Positions 27,093 to 37,346 are shown, counted from the stretch's first letter. The stretch is 64,000 nt of DNA from Eubacteriales bacterium (GCA_031549455.1 JAVBPT010000005.1:31993-95992); one strand, 5' to 3'. The notes: generated by a model not told the origin, from the sequence alone. Numbers and translations: made by a program.

Positions 27093-27249
27093 GCTTTAGG
27101 AGACTCCCTCTTTAAAATTACTTACTATTTAGGTTCTAGATTATAGTCAATAAAAATAGAGACATTATCGATGCTATCTAAGACTTTTTGTACCCAGATC
27201 ACCGTTTTCTTGTTGCTGCGTTGAGTTCATATCTGATGGTAAACTCCTG

Positions 27250-27423
27250 CTATTGGAATTGAACAAAGTGAAGGATTATCCATACTACAATGCATATTGC
27301 AGAAATGATGAGACAATGACGAAAATCTCTGTCGTAGGGACCCCAGATATTCCAATAGTATAATGCTTTGACAAGAAAGATAAGTCCCGCAACGATCGCT
27401 GCCAAGTAAATAGTAAATAACAT
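27250..27423 (-). CDS. Unannotated 57-aa two-TM small membrane protein (MLFTIYLAAIVAGLIFLVKALYYWNIWGPYDRDFRHCLIISAICIVVWIILHFVQFQ)
   Basis: A GAGGAGGG RBS lies 7 nt before the ATG at 27423, and there are two hydrophobic helices. It is below the ORF-track cutoff. Confidence 0.55.
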   Translation of the reverse strand: MLFTIYLAAIVAGLIFLVKALYYWNIWGPYDRDFRHCLIISAICIVVWIILHFVQFQ

Positions 27424-27953
27424 AATAATTCCCTCCTCTTATTTTTCAAGGTGTTTTATTTATAGTAAACTATCAAAAGATAGATAAAAAAGGGAAGAAA
27501 TTCAAAAAATGTATTAAAAACTATACATTACCATATATTTTACCATTTTTCAACTTTTTACACGATAAATAGCCTGACTTTTTTCTTGACACAATAAAAC
27601 CAAGCATACATCATTTTTTGTCATTCAAATCGAATTATCATTGTTTTACATTATGGTCGATTATACTAGAAATCAAGCCATTTTAAATTAGATGTTATTT
27701 ATCCCAATTTTCTAAGTTTCAATGCGCGAAAGGAGAATTGTACTGTTTAATAATACGAATAGAATGTAAAAGATAAGAAAATGGGCGTGAGCATAAGAGT
27801 AATAGGATTCGTATTCAATGGAATAAAAAATTTCTAATGAGGTAAAGCAAGAATATTGCGAACAAAGCAAACATGTTGCAAATTTATCTTTAAAATTGCA
27901 TCTGGTTTGACGGATTATCGCGTTAAAATATCCTAGACATTGCTAGGATATGA

Positions 27954-28148
27954 TTATCTATAGTATTCCGTGTGCTTCTCATTAATCGCATCAAAATCAT
28001 TAAATACATTTGTTTGATCTTCACCTATCTCAAACATAAATGAGTTCGGTTCAACCTCTTCACTAAAACCAATATTTTCCTTTGAAAATCGATACGCCTT
28101 ATTGTTTGGCGGTGTACTGTAACTACTATTTCCTGTAAAAGTTTTCAT
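27954..28148 (-). CDS. 64-aa hydrophilic small protein, unknown function
   Basis: A GGAGGTG RBS lies 6 nt before the ATG, and a hairpin (TATCCTAG-loop-CTAGGATA) follows the stop. Confidence 0.55.
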   Translation of the reverse strand: MKTFTGNSSYSTPPNNKAYRFSKENIGFSEEVEPNSFMFEIGEDQTNVFNDFDAINEKHTEYYR

Positions 28149-28321
28149 AACAACACCTCCAAATATTCTGCACGTTTGTGCAATTTTAGTATATGCAAAA
28201 TGTGTTCAAGTATTCACGATCCACATAGCAATTATTGGCAATAAAATTTTACAAAAAAGTACATACAAAAACAAAAAAATATGTTAAAATTATATTAGAT
28301 ATAGATATCGAAAGGAATAGT

Positions 28322-31300
28322 ATGAAAAAGATAATCTCGAGTTTATTATTGATTATATATAGTTTAACCATTCTGCTGACCTTTTATGTAAAAGATGTGG
28401 CGGCGGCAGGGGAACCATTTAGATGGGTGAGAGGATATGCACTGGATAACAACCTTTCAAGAACAACGCAGGTTGCAAACGACGAGGCTTTGCTAGAGTG
28501 GGATGTAACCGATGCGGGAGTGTATACGTTTTCTTTTTATACAGAAAATGAGAGAAAGAATGTGTTGACCTTTACCAAAACCCTAAATACACTGGATGTA
28601 AAATATCAAATTTTCAGATGGGATGGGACTGATTTTACCATCGATGTAACACAAAGTTACATTCAAGCAGAATATAAAGATTGGGATTTTGCGTCCCAAA
28701 CACTAATTACGCCAACCGTTGTGCCAACAGAGGTGGTCTTCCATATTGATTCTGTGGACTCACAAAGGGGACGAATTTTTAAAATCGAAAATCAATACAT
28801 CAAGTTCTTTTGGAGTGTCTCAGATTCAACAATAAATGTAAATTTTAAGGGACTTAAGAAAAACACAGTCCATCCTTTTGAGCTTAGCAGTCCAGGCGGA
28901 AGCACCCAAAAGATAAATGTATTAAAAAATCTGAGTTTTGATGTATCACCCACACACTACATCAACGTGTCTGGAAGTGTGGTCAACCTTGAGACGATTG
29001 ACCATGAGCTTCACCCGAATGAAAATGCGGGGCAAAAGCCGGGGATCAAGATCGAAATTTCAAGACCCATCGCCTATAATTCAGTGACAGCAAAATTTGA
29101 TGGTTATATCCCACTGATGGATGAGGCACTTATCAATCTATCCATCAACCTTCAGGAAAAGGTGGAAAATCTGGGCGTAAATCCTGCAAACTTTTCTATC
29201 TACAAAAAGCTTTCCGAGCTTACGAAGGCTTCTAGTGGGGATAAATATTACATTGATGTTGTGAAATCAAATGATGGTTTGGTGCCGTCAAACCAATATA
29301 CGGTTTGGTCAGCTTTAAAAGAGTCAACAATCTATGACCCAACCTCTCTGATTCTTTCCAACGTGGCCACAGAGAAGTATGACTTTGACGTGAGGTACAT
29401 TGTGACCAACGGAATAGGAGCAGGGTATACTTATCTTTCCTATGATATTGCCAGAAAAAGCATCACGGATACCTATGCAGTGATTGACACCTATAATGGG
29501 CCTGGAATTTACACCATCTATGTGGCGGAAGCAGCGATCACAAACCCTTCCTCTCCTCAGCTTGCCAAATGGGCTGAACAGAGGGTAGAAGAAGGGAGCG
29601 GAAAAATTTATATTCCACTCAGCGTGGTTCGAAATGAATTGATGCCCAATAAATATTACACATTTAAGGTAGAATATCGGTTAAATGATACCACGGCCAC
29701 AGTTGCATCTCAACTTCGAATCTACGATGCAAACGCTGACCATAAGGTAACGGTTTCTGTGCCCAAAATAGTCAGCATACAAGATTTAATTGTTATCCCG
29801 AAGGAGAACACGCTCAATGATGCTAAGGTTGCACGCTTTAACCTGGTTTTCGAGATGCCGGATAAAGTGATGGAGCTTCTTAGCACAAACAACAAACAAA
29901 TTTGGTATGAATTTTGTATGAATACATTGAATCGGAACCATACGGATAGTCAGGATCCAAGCAAAAATCAGAAATATCAGATTGCTCAATCCATTTATTT
30001 GAAGAAAAATGGAAGCCAGATTGAACTTAGAATGAATGATCCAAACAATCCAGAGTTTAAAATTGTAGATATTGATAAACCAATCAGCTGTGAAATCGTT
30101 CTAAAAGGGTTAAATCAAAACTGGATTTCCTTTAAGGTACCAGATTGGTCTGGAAGCGGAGGGGATTTAACCAAACCGGTTTCCGGAAGCGTTGGGAAAT
30201 ATATACCGGGGAATAGTACGCTTTATGAAAACGACTTTTTTAATCCCAACAAGGCAAAGATTCCGGCAAGTTATTTTGTTACTTTAAGAGCGCTTTATGA
30301 TGAGGATCTAATGAGTACGACCAATGAGATCACCATGAGCGAGTATGCCATTCCAATCAGTATTGCTCTTTCGGAAACGCAAGAGATACTGAAGGCACCA
30401 ATCGATGTAAAGAGCCCGAATAAAGGAATAGATTTTATTGAAACACGGTTTACAGATGTGGAGATCACAGAGTATAAAAGAAAGATGCTTGATTCAATTC
30501 AGGCGGATCTAGACAAGAAGGAATATGAAGTCTTTTTGAGTGCTTCTCAAGGGGATCTACAAAGGGTTTTATCAAATAGCCTGATTGTAAATAAGAAAAA
30601 CATCGAGCAAGCAGCAAGCAGCATTTACAATTTCAAACACCTTGGAAGCATTGGGAATTCGATTTCAATTCACCCTTCAAGCAGTAATGTTAGCCCGACG
30701 ATAACAGAGATTCGAAATGGAGCGGTGATCGCTTTTAGAATAAGTGCAGCGGATTTCATGCTCTTAAATTTGGATGCCAATCAAAACTACTATATGGCGG
30801 TTCGAACGAGTCTTGATGTGGTGGTGGACAACAACGAAGATGGTGTGAATGAAACCACTGTGAATCGATATTCTGAAATTACAAATATTTCCTCCGTTCG
30901 AACAGGGACTGAGATTGTCATACCAGGAGAAGAAGACAAAATCCCTGGGGCACCACAAAATTTTGGAATGGAAGAGGAAGCCACTGATCGATATATTCAT
31001 ATCAGATGGGAAGAGCCAGAGTATGATTCTAGTTTAAGACCAACTGAGATTTTGGGATATGAAATCATTCGGGTTGCGGACAATCGACTTGAGACCGCAG
31101 ATCGAAGCAACAAGTTAAGCATTGCGGATCTATATGCGATTGATCAATACAAAGACAAGGAGGCTTTTAGGATAATTGAGGGAGTGATGCAAAAATGGAA
31201 TCAGACCTCAAAAATTTGGGAAGTGATAGCAGGGGACCTGGATATTTATGAATATGTGCCGAATGGAAACTATATGAGATTAAAAGACTTTAACATCAAT

Positions 31301-33163
31301 ACCAACCGAATTTATTATTACTATATTCGAACGGTAAGATATGACACGGTACTAGGACATACAGAGATTGCAAAATCGATGTGGGCGGAGTTGACCTCCA
31401 CCACAAAACCCGTACAAGGTGTTAAAAATTTAAAACAAGTCTTTACAGGATATGCTTACAACGATTTATACGAAGTGGTTGTTTCATTTGAATCACCAAT
31501 CATCGATTCAAGTAGAATACCAAGCGAGTTTGAACATGTGATTGCGGTAAGGAGTCAAGATAGCGCGGTCTATTCAGAAAACGGATATAAAGTGACACTA
31601 CTTGCTGTTAAGGATGAAGGAAAATCAGACTACAGAACCTATGTGTATAAGATTGGTGGATTATTATCTGGGAAGAAATATTATGTGAAAGCGGCAATAC
31701 TGGATAAGACCACAACAGAAGAGGGCAATGTTTATGCCAAATCGGCGTATACACCATATATTGAGCTCAGGACCACCTTTTCACAAGAGGATTATGATAA
31801 AGAAAACAAGTACGCCGATTATTCAAGATATTATGATACCAAGACATTGGAACTCATTAACGTACCCGCTTTTGTGGTTGAGGATAGCGCCTCTAGCTAT
31901 GAGCTAAAGTATATCGAGGAGAAGTTTACAGGACTCATCAATGCAACTAAAACCAGCTATTTTGATCTGCCGGTTAAGAAGGATGTGGCGAGTCTCACCT
32001 ATTTTATTTCTCAGAAAAATATACAAGACCTTCAGAATAAAAAAATGTCATTAAGGATTGTGCGGGATAACCTAACCCTCATCATTCCATACGAGTGGCT
32101 GGATTCTGAGTTAACAGAAGCATGGGTAAATATGAAAAAGTCTATGAAAGATCGAAATAAAGGGGTGAGTGATTTTTATGTTAGACTAAGCCTTACTTTC
32201 AATGATAAAGCCACCACCATTAATGGTGCCAAGAAATTGGGGGCGGAAGTTGAAACGCAAATCGAACTGATCGAACAAAATCGTTATAACGTCGAAATTG
32301 ATTATATGATTGAGGAACGATTAAAGGATAAGATTAAATCCGAAAAATCAACCTTCCTTTATGAACTGGACAGACAGTTAAAAGGAGAGATCAACGACAA
32401 TCGATTCTTAGAAATAATGGATGATACAATGGAAGATTTGGCGGAAAAGTTACAAATCATTGTCGCCAAAGAATTGCCAAAGTATGAAGAGGATTCGGAG
32501 AGCGTGGTGGAGACGTATAAACCGATTAACATGAAATATACCGGAGAAGCCACTGCTAATATTGTGGCCTACAACACGAAAACAAGAAGCTGGTATACCA
32601 TTCAACAAGAAAAATCCATGGGAAATATCAATGGGTATATGAGCAAATTGGAACGCTTTGCACTCACAAGTGTAAACGATTTTACCCTTATTTATGGAAC
32701 AGAGGAGGAGAAGGCTGCTGCTGAGGTAAAGGCAAAATATAACCTGGATGCGGTACTTCGAGCCAATGGGGTTTATGACCTGAGTGGGACGGTGACACAA
32801 AAATTGATGAAGGAGATCGTGTATGTGATTATTGCAAAAAGGGCAAGTAGTATCAATGAGGAAATCAATCTGAGAAAGCAGATTGATGCACGGTTTAGCT
32901 TCCTGAATCAAACGTTAACAAATCAGGAGATCATCTATACCATTATGCAAACTTACAATATGTTCACTAGCATTGACATCAATAACCTCATCATCAAGGA
33001 TCAGAGTGTGATTGTGGGAATAACGGGTATTCAAAACTACTATAAACAAAGCATTTTGGCTTCGGTCGAGTTGGGAATGCTTACAAAGAATGACATCAAG
33101 GAGCCCAATAAACAACTTAGTGTGGGTACAACGTTAAGACTCATAAGAGATATCATAAAATAG
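28322..33163 (+). CDS. Giant (~1613 aa) secreted beta-rich protein with fibronectin-III-like modules; no canonical anchor recognised
   Basis: It has a signal peptide (MKKIISSLLLIIYSLTILLTFYVKDVAAA). FN3-like segments occur (PGAPQNF...RWEEPEYDS...ILGYEIIRV...YYYYIRTV and VQGVKNLK...YYVKAAILD). The track's TTG start at 28235 is unlikely. Confidence 0.7.
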   Translation: MKKIISSLLLIIYSLTILLTFYVKDVAAAGEPFRWVRGYALDNNLSRTTQVANDEALLEWDVTDAGVYTFSFYTENERKNVLTFTKTLNTLDVKYQIFRWDGTDFTIDVTQSYIQAEYKDWDFASQTLITPTVVPTEVVFHIDSVDSQRGRIFKIENQYIKFFWSVSDSTINVNFKGLKKNTVHPFELSSPGGSTQKINVLKNLSFDVSPTHYINVSGSVVNLETIDHELHPNENAGQKPGIKIEISRPIAYNSVTAKFDGYIPLMDEALINLSINLQEKVENLGVNPANFSIYKKLSELTKASSGDKYYIDVVKSNDGLVPSNQYTVWSALKESTIYDPTSLILSNVATEKYDFDVRYIVTNGIGAGYTYLSYDIARKSITDTYAVIDTYNGPGIYTIYVAEAAITNPSSPQLAKWAEQRVEEGSGKIYIPLSVVRNELMPNKYYTFKVEYRLNDTTATVASQLRIYDANADHKVTVSVPKIVSIQDLIVIPKENTLNDAKVARFNLVFEMPDKVMELLSTNNKQIWYEFCMNTLNRNHTDSQDPSKNQKYQIAQSIYLKKNGSQIELRMNDPNNPEFKIVDIDKPISCEIVLKGLNQNWISFKVPDWSGSGGDLTKPVSGSVGKYIPGNSTLYENDFFNPNKAKIPASYFVTLRALYDEDLMSTTNEITMSEYAIPISIALSETQEILKAPIDVKSPNKGIDFIETRFTDVEITEYKRKMLDSIQADLDKKEYEVFLSASQGDLQRVLSNSLIVNKKNIEQAASSIYNFKHLGSIGNSISIHPSSSNVSPTITEIRNGAVIAFRISAADFMLLNLDANQNYYMAVRTSLDVVVDNNEDGVNETTVNRYSEITNISSVRTGTEIVIPGEEDKIPGAPQNFGMEEEATDRYIHIRWEEPEYDSSLRPTEILGYEIIRVADNRLETADRSNKLSIADLYAIDQYKDKEAFRIIEGVMQKWNQTSKIWEVIAGDLDIYEYVPNGNYMRLKDFNINTNRIYYYYIRTVRYDTVLGHTEIAKSMWAELTSTTKPVQGVKNLKQVFTGYAYNDLYEVVVSFESPIIDSSRIPSEFEHVIAVRSQDSAVYSENGYKVTLLAVKDEGKSDYRTYVYKIGGLLSGKKYYVKAAILDKTTTEEGNVYAKSAYTPYIELRTTFSQEDYDKENKYADYSRYYDTKTLELINVPAFVVEDSASSYELKYIEEKFTGLINATKTSYFDLPVKKDVASLTYFISQKNIQDLQNKKMSLRIVRDNLTLIIPYEWLDSELTEAWVNMKKSMKDRNKGVSDFYVRLSLTFNDKATTINGAKKLGAEVETQIELIEQNRYNVEIDYMIEERLKDKIKSEKSTFLYELDRQLKGEINDNRFLEIMDDTMEDLAEKLQIIVAKELPKYEEDSESVVETYKPINMKYTGEATANIVAYNTKTRSWYTIQQEKSMGNINGYMSKLERFALTSVNDFTLIYGTEEEKAAAEVKAKYNLDAVLRANGVYDLSGTVTQKLMKEIVYVIIAKRASSINEEINLRKQIDARFSFLNQTLTNQEIIYTIMQTYNMFTSIDINNLIIKDQSVIVGITGIQNYYKQSILASVELGMLTKNDIKEPNKQLSVGTTLRLIRDIIK

Positions 33164-33170
33164 ATTGGCT

Positions 33171-33213
33171 ATACAGGTGTGGTGAAGAACTCAGAACCAC
33201 ACCTGTATTTTTG
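33171..33213 (+). terminator. Intrinsic terminator after the giant gene
   Basis: ATACAGGTGTGGT-loop-ACCACACCTGTAT followed by TTTTT. Confidence 0.85.
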
Positions 33214-33284
33214 TCATTAAAAATTTTTTAATTTAAGCACTACCCTTTTCCTTTATTTCATATATAATGGCACAAGATGGGTGA

Positions 33285-35513
33285 ATGATGGAAAAAATCG
33301 TAGGAGACGTACAGACCATAATATTTAGAAATGAGGAAACGGGTTACACCGTTTTCGAGTTTAAGGTAGAGGGCGCTAAAAGGGTCACTTGTGTAGGGCT
33401 TGTTTTTGATCTGTATGTGGGAGAAACCATAGAATTATCAGGTGTTCGGACAACACATCCCTCTTATGGTTCCCAATTTTCTTTTTCAAGTTATACGGCG
33501 CTTCCTATTCGAACACAAAACGCAATGCTAAAATACCTCTCTTCTGGTATGATTAGAGGGATTGGAGAGAAAACAGCTGAGCGAATGGTAGATGAGTTTG
33601 GGGAGAAAACGTTTGAAATCATAGAAGATTCGCCAGATCAATTAGCCCGAATTAAGGGAATCACGAAAGAGCGGGCCGCGAAGATATCGGAGGACTTTAT
33701 CAGCAAAAAAAAGATGAGAGATACCGTGATTGGACTTCAAAAGTATGAGATCTCAGTCCATTTTGCCATTAAGATTTTTACAATCTTTGGAGAAAAGGCG
33801 GAACAGAAGATCCTCTCCAATCCCTATATATTGGTTTCGCACATCGAGGGGATTGGTTTTAAGTACGCGGATAAAATTGCATTTAAACTCGGCTTTTCCA
33901 AGAATTCGCTTTTTCGAATAAAAGAGGGAATTAAGTATATCTTAAAACTAAGCAGCTTTGAGAGGGGACATGTATTTCTGCCAGAAGAGACCTTAATAAC
34001 AGAGGTAGAAAAGATACTTGAAATCCCAAATCACAAAGAGGTGATCTGGAACCTCCTATTTGAATTAGAAAATGAAGATCAGGTTGTGCTTCTTTCCCAT
34101 AAAGAATACGGCAAGGCGATTTATCTAAAATACTTTTATATGGCAGAAAAATATATCGGGTCTAAGCTAAAGATGTTGAGTGATTTTGGTCTAAACCAAA
34201 AACAAAAAGAGACGTCTAAGGAGATCGAAAAGATTGAAAAAGGGGAAGGGATCGAGCTTTCAAAGGAACAGAAAGGGGCGATTCTATCTGCCATAGAGAA
34301 TAATGTAACCATTATTACTGGGGGACCTGGGACAGGAAAAACCACCATTATGAATATTCTGCTTAAATATTTTGAGGAGAAGAAGCAAAAAGTAAAACTG
34401 GTGGCTCCCACGGGGAGAGCCTCAAAAAAGCTTGCAGAGGCGACACGTCATGAGTCTCAAACGATTCATCGACTGCTTGAGGTGATGCCAAGCACAATAG
34501 AAGAAGAAATGCAGCATTTTGGAAGAAATGAAGAAAATCCAATTCAGGGGGATGTGCTCATTATAGACGAGATGTCTATGGTGGATATCTTACTTTTTCT
34601 CGCTGTTTTAAAGGCGATGCCACAGGGCATGAGACTTGTTCTGGTTGGAGACAGCAAACAACTTCCCTCAGTGGGACCGGGAAACGTGCTCAAAGATTTA
34701 ATTCATTCTGAAAAGATCAAGACGGTCGAACTCATCAAGATTTTTAGACAGTCTAGAGAGAGTATGATCATCACGAATGCGCATCTGATTCGAAATGGAG
34801 AGCTTCCGATTCTGGACGAAAAGGGAAAAGACTTCTTCTTCATTCATGCGAGAGATCCATACCAGGTTGTAGAAGAGGTGACGAGTCTTGTAAGCAGTAG
34901 GTTAACCCAATATTTAAACTGTTCACATCATGAAATACAGGTGCTCGTTCCCATGAAAAAAGGGATCACGGGTGTTGAAAATCTAAATAGCACATTACAG
35001 TCTGTTCTAAATGCTTCGGCAAAGGAAGAAATAAAGGCAAATGGGAAGAGTTTTAAAGTAAATGATCGGGTGATGCACATCAAAAACGATTATGAGTTAG
35101 AGTGGAGAAAGTTAAATCAAAATGGCTATGAAGAAGAAAAAGGGCTGGGTGTTTTTAATGGGGATACCGGTCGGATCGATGAGGTCAATGAATTTACCGG
35201 GGGGATGACCATTCAGTTTGATGATGACAAAATTTGTGAGTACAATGCCAGCAATCTAAAAGAGCTAGAACTTGCCTATGCCATCACCGTACATAAATCC
35301 CAAGGAAGTGAATATAAGGCGGTGGTTATTCCTCTATTTGATGTACCCACGCCACTTTTGAGCAGAAATCTGATCTACACAGCCATTACAAGGGCGAGGG
35401 AGCTGGTGGTGATCGTAGGAAGGAAAGAAATTATTCAGAGCATGGTGGTACGCGATTTTGAAGAGAAACGGTACACCATGCTTCGAGAGGAAATTGTGGA
35501 GAGATTTGAATAA
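33285..35513 (+). CDS. recD2: RecD2-type SF1B ATP-dependent DNA helicase
   Basis: It has an N-terminal HhH region, Walker A GGPGTGKTT, DEMSMVD, and C-terminal YAITVHKSQGSE and TAITRAR motifs. Confidence 0.9.
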   Translation: MMEKIVGDVQTIIFRNEETGYTVFEFKVEGAKRVTCVGLVFDLYVGETIELSGVRTTHPSYGSQFSFSSYTALPIRTQNAMLKYLSSGMIRGIGEKTAERMVDEFGEKTFEIIEDSPDQLARIKGITKERAAKISEDFISKKKMRDTVIGLQKYEISVHFAIKIFTIFGEKAEQKILSNPYILVSHIEGIGFKYADKIAFKLGFSKNSLFRIKEGIKYILKLSSFERGHVFLPEETLITEVEKILEIPNHKEVIWNLLFELENEDQVVLLSHKEYGKAIYLKYFYMAEKYIGSKLKMLSDFGLNQKQKETSKEIEKIEKGEGIELSKEQKGAILSAIENNVTIITGGPGTGKTTIMNILLKYFEEKKQKVKLVAPTGRASKKLAEATRHESQTIHRLLEVMPSTIEEEMQHFGRNEENPIQGDVLIIDEMSMVDILLFLAVLKAMPQGMRLVLVGDSKQLPSVGPGNVLKDLIHSEKIKTVELIKIFRQSRESMIITNAHLIRNGELPILDEKGKDFFFIHARDPYQVVEEVTSLVSSRLTQYLNCSHHEIQVLVPMKKGITGVENLNSTLQSVLNASAKEEIKANGKSFKVNDRVMHIKNDYELEWRKLNQNGYEEEKGLGVFNGDTGRIDEVNEFTGGMTIQFDDDKICEYNASNLKELELAYAITVHKSQGSEYKAVVIPLFDVPTPLLSRNLIYTAITRARELVVIVGRKEIIQSMVVRDFEEKRYTMLREEIVERFE

Positions 35514-35515
35514 AC

Positions 35516-35546
35516 AAAAAGGGATATCTAGCGTATCCCTTTTTTA
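35516..35546. terminator. Bidirectional terminator shared by recD2 (+) and argS/sORF (-)
   Basis: AAAAAGGGATA-loop-TATCCCTTTTTT hairpin. Confidence 0.85.
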
Positions 35547-35552
35547 ATCTAT

Positions 35553-35657
35553 TTATTCATTGTCATCTTCATCGTCGATGTCTTCGTCATCATCACAACA
35601 ACCACATCCGCAATCATCGTCATCGTCTATGTTTTCTTTTTTTTCGTCTTCGTTCAT
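35553..35657 (-). CDS. Unannotated 34-aa hyper-acidic CGCGCC peptide (MNEDEKKENIDDDDDCGCGCCDDDEDIDDEDDNE)
   Basis: An AGGAGGTG RBS lies 5 nt before the ATG at 35657. The start is only 15 nt after the argS stop, and the TAA at 35553-35555 comes just before the shared terminator. Confidence 0.55.
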   Translation of the reverse strand: MNEDEKKENIDDDDDCGCGCCDDDEDIDDEDDNE

Positions 35658-35672
35658 TCTTTCACCTCCTCT

Positions 35673-37346
35673 CTACATTTCTTCTGGTGCTTGCATACAG
35701 ATCAGACTTAGGCCCTCTTTTAAGATTTTCTGGGTTGCTTTTACAAGTTGTATTCTGGTGTTTTGAACCAAGTCATCCTCTACAAGAATAGCATACTCAT
35801 TGTAGAATTTATTAAAATATTGAGCCAAATCGATCAAATATCTTGCGACAAACGACGGCTCGAAACGAGTTGCTGCATTTATAACGATTTCATTGAACTT
35901 AGATAGGTGTTTAATCAGTTCAAAGGAGGTTTCATCTTTTAATAGATCATAATCCACTTTGCCAGTATCATTTGCCTTTCGAATAAGGCTACAGAGTCGG
36001 GCATGGGTGTACTGAAGGTAAGGCCCTGTCTCACCATCAAACCGGAGCGCCTCCTCCCACTTAAACACAACGTCCTTATTGCTACTATTAAATAAATTAT
36101 GAAACACAAGTGCACCCACGCCCACCATTTTGGCGATCTCTTCTTTATTTGGTGCATTTGGATTCTTTTCGTCGATAATCGTCTCTACCTTTTTGGTTGC
36201 CTCTTTGATGGCATCCTCTAACTTAATGATATTCCCGGTTCTAGTTGAGAGGTTTCCGCCTTCCAGTCGGACCATCCCATGGGCGATATGTGCAAGGTCA
36301 GAAGCCCAAGAATAGCCCATTTTTTCGATCACTTTAAACCATTGTGCAAAGTGCAATTTTTGTTCGGAACCTGTGATATAAATGCACTTATCAAAGTCAA
36401 AGGTTTCTTTTCGGTAGATCGCAGCGGCGATGTCTCTTGTCATATATAAAGTGGCTCCATCACTGCGGACGATAATGGCAGGAGCCATTTCCTCTAGTTC
36501 TACAATCTTAGCACCCTGACTCTCAACAAGTAGGTTTTTGCTTTCAAGTTCAGAGACCACGTGATCCACCTTATCTAGGTAAAAGCTTTCGCCGGTGATA
36601 TAATCAAAATGAAGATTCAACTCAGCGGATACCCTATCAAAATATTTTATACTGATCTCCTTAAAATAATTCCATATTTTAATCGCTTCTGGATCCCCTT
36701 TTTCAATTTTATAGGACCAGCTTCTTCCGTCATCTTCAAGGGAGGGGCTTTTCTCCGCTTCTTCATGAAATTTAACATAAAGGTCTACTAATTCATAGAT
36801 GCCCCGTTCCTCAATTCTTGCCTCATCGCCCCAAAGCTTGTAGGCCACAATCAGTTTCCCAAATTGGGTACCCATGTCGCCGAGGTGATTAATGCCAATC
36901 GGCTTGTAGCCAACATATTCAAAGATTCGGTAAAGAGAATCGCCCGTTACGGCGTTCTTAAGATGTCCAATGTGAAAAGGCTTTGCGATGTTTAAAGAAG
37001 CGTAGTCAATCACGATATTTTTTCCCTGACCAATGTTGGGTTTTTCTGCTTTTTGAATGCCATCTAAGGTCTTTTCAATAAAATATTGTTTATTCACAAA
37101 GAAGTTCAGGTATCCACCCACCACTTCGGTTCGTTCAATGAGATCATTTTTGATGATTTCTTTCAATTCCTCTGCAATCAGAGCGGGAGACTTTTTGCGT
37201 AACTTTGCCAGTGTAAAACATGGGAACGCAAAGTCCCCAAGCTTGGGGTTGGGAGGAATTTCAATCTGTCTTTCCATCTCGCCCGTAGCCACATCTTGTA
37301 TAAACTCAGACAGCATGTCTGTCAGCTCTTTTTTGTCCATTTCCAC
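35673..37346 (-). CDS. argS: Arginine--tRNA ligase
   Basis: It has the class I HIGH motif (PFHIGHLKN) and the ArgRS-typical N- and C-terminal domains, ending ...QAPEEM. Confidence 0.9.
   Translation of the reverse strand: MEMDKKELTDMLSEFIQDVATGEMERQIEIPPNPKLGDFAFPCFTLAKLRKKSPALIAEELKEIIKNDLIERTEVVGGYLNFFVNKQYFIEKTLDGIQKAEKPNIGQGKNIVIDYASLNIAKPFHIGHLKNAVTGDSLYRIFEYVGYKPIGINHLGDMGTQFGKLIVAYKLWGDEARIEERGIYELVDLYVKFHEEAEKSPSLEDDGRSWSYKIEKGDPEAIKIWNYFKEISIKYFDRVSAELNLHFDYITGESFYLDKVDHVVSELESKNLLVESQGAKIVELEEMAPAIIVRSDGATLYMTRDIAAAIYRKETFDFDKCIYITGSEQKLHFAQWFKVIEKMGYSWASDLAHIAHGMVRLEGGNLSTRTGNIIKLEDAIKEATKKVETIIDEKNPNAPNKEEIAKMVGVGALVFHNLFNSSNKDVVFKWEEALRFDGETGPYLQYTHARLCSLIRKANDTGKVDYDLLKDETSFELIKHLSKFNEIVINAATRFEPSFVARYLIDLAQYFNKFYNEYAILVEDDLVQNTRIQLVKATQKILKEGLSLICMQAPEEM

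Noticed and set aside
35560-35766. The + strand 68-aa poly-Ser ORF (MSSSSSMSSSSSQQ...).
   Set aside because: It has no RBS, overlaps the argS 3' end antisense, and has low complexity. It is the mirror image of the acidic sORF on the minus strand.
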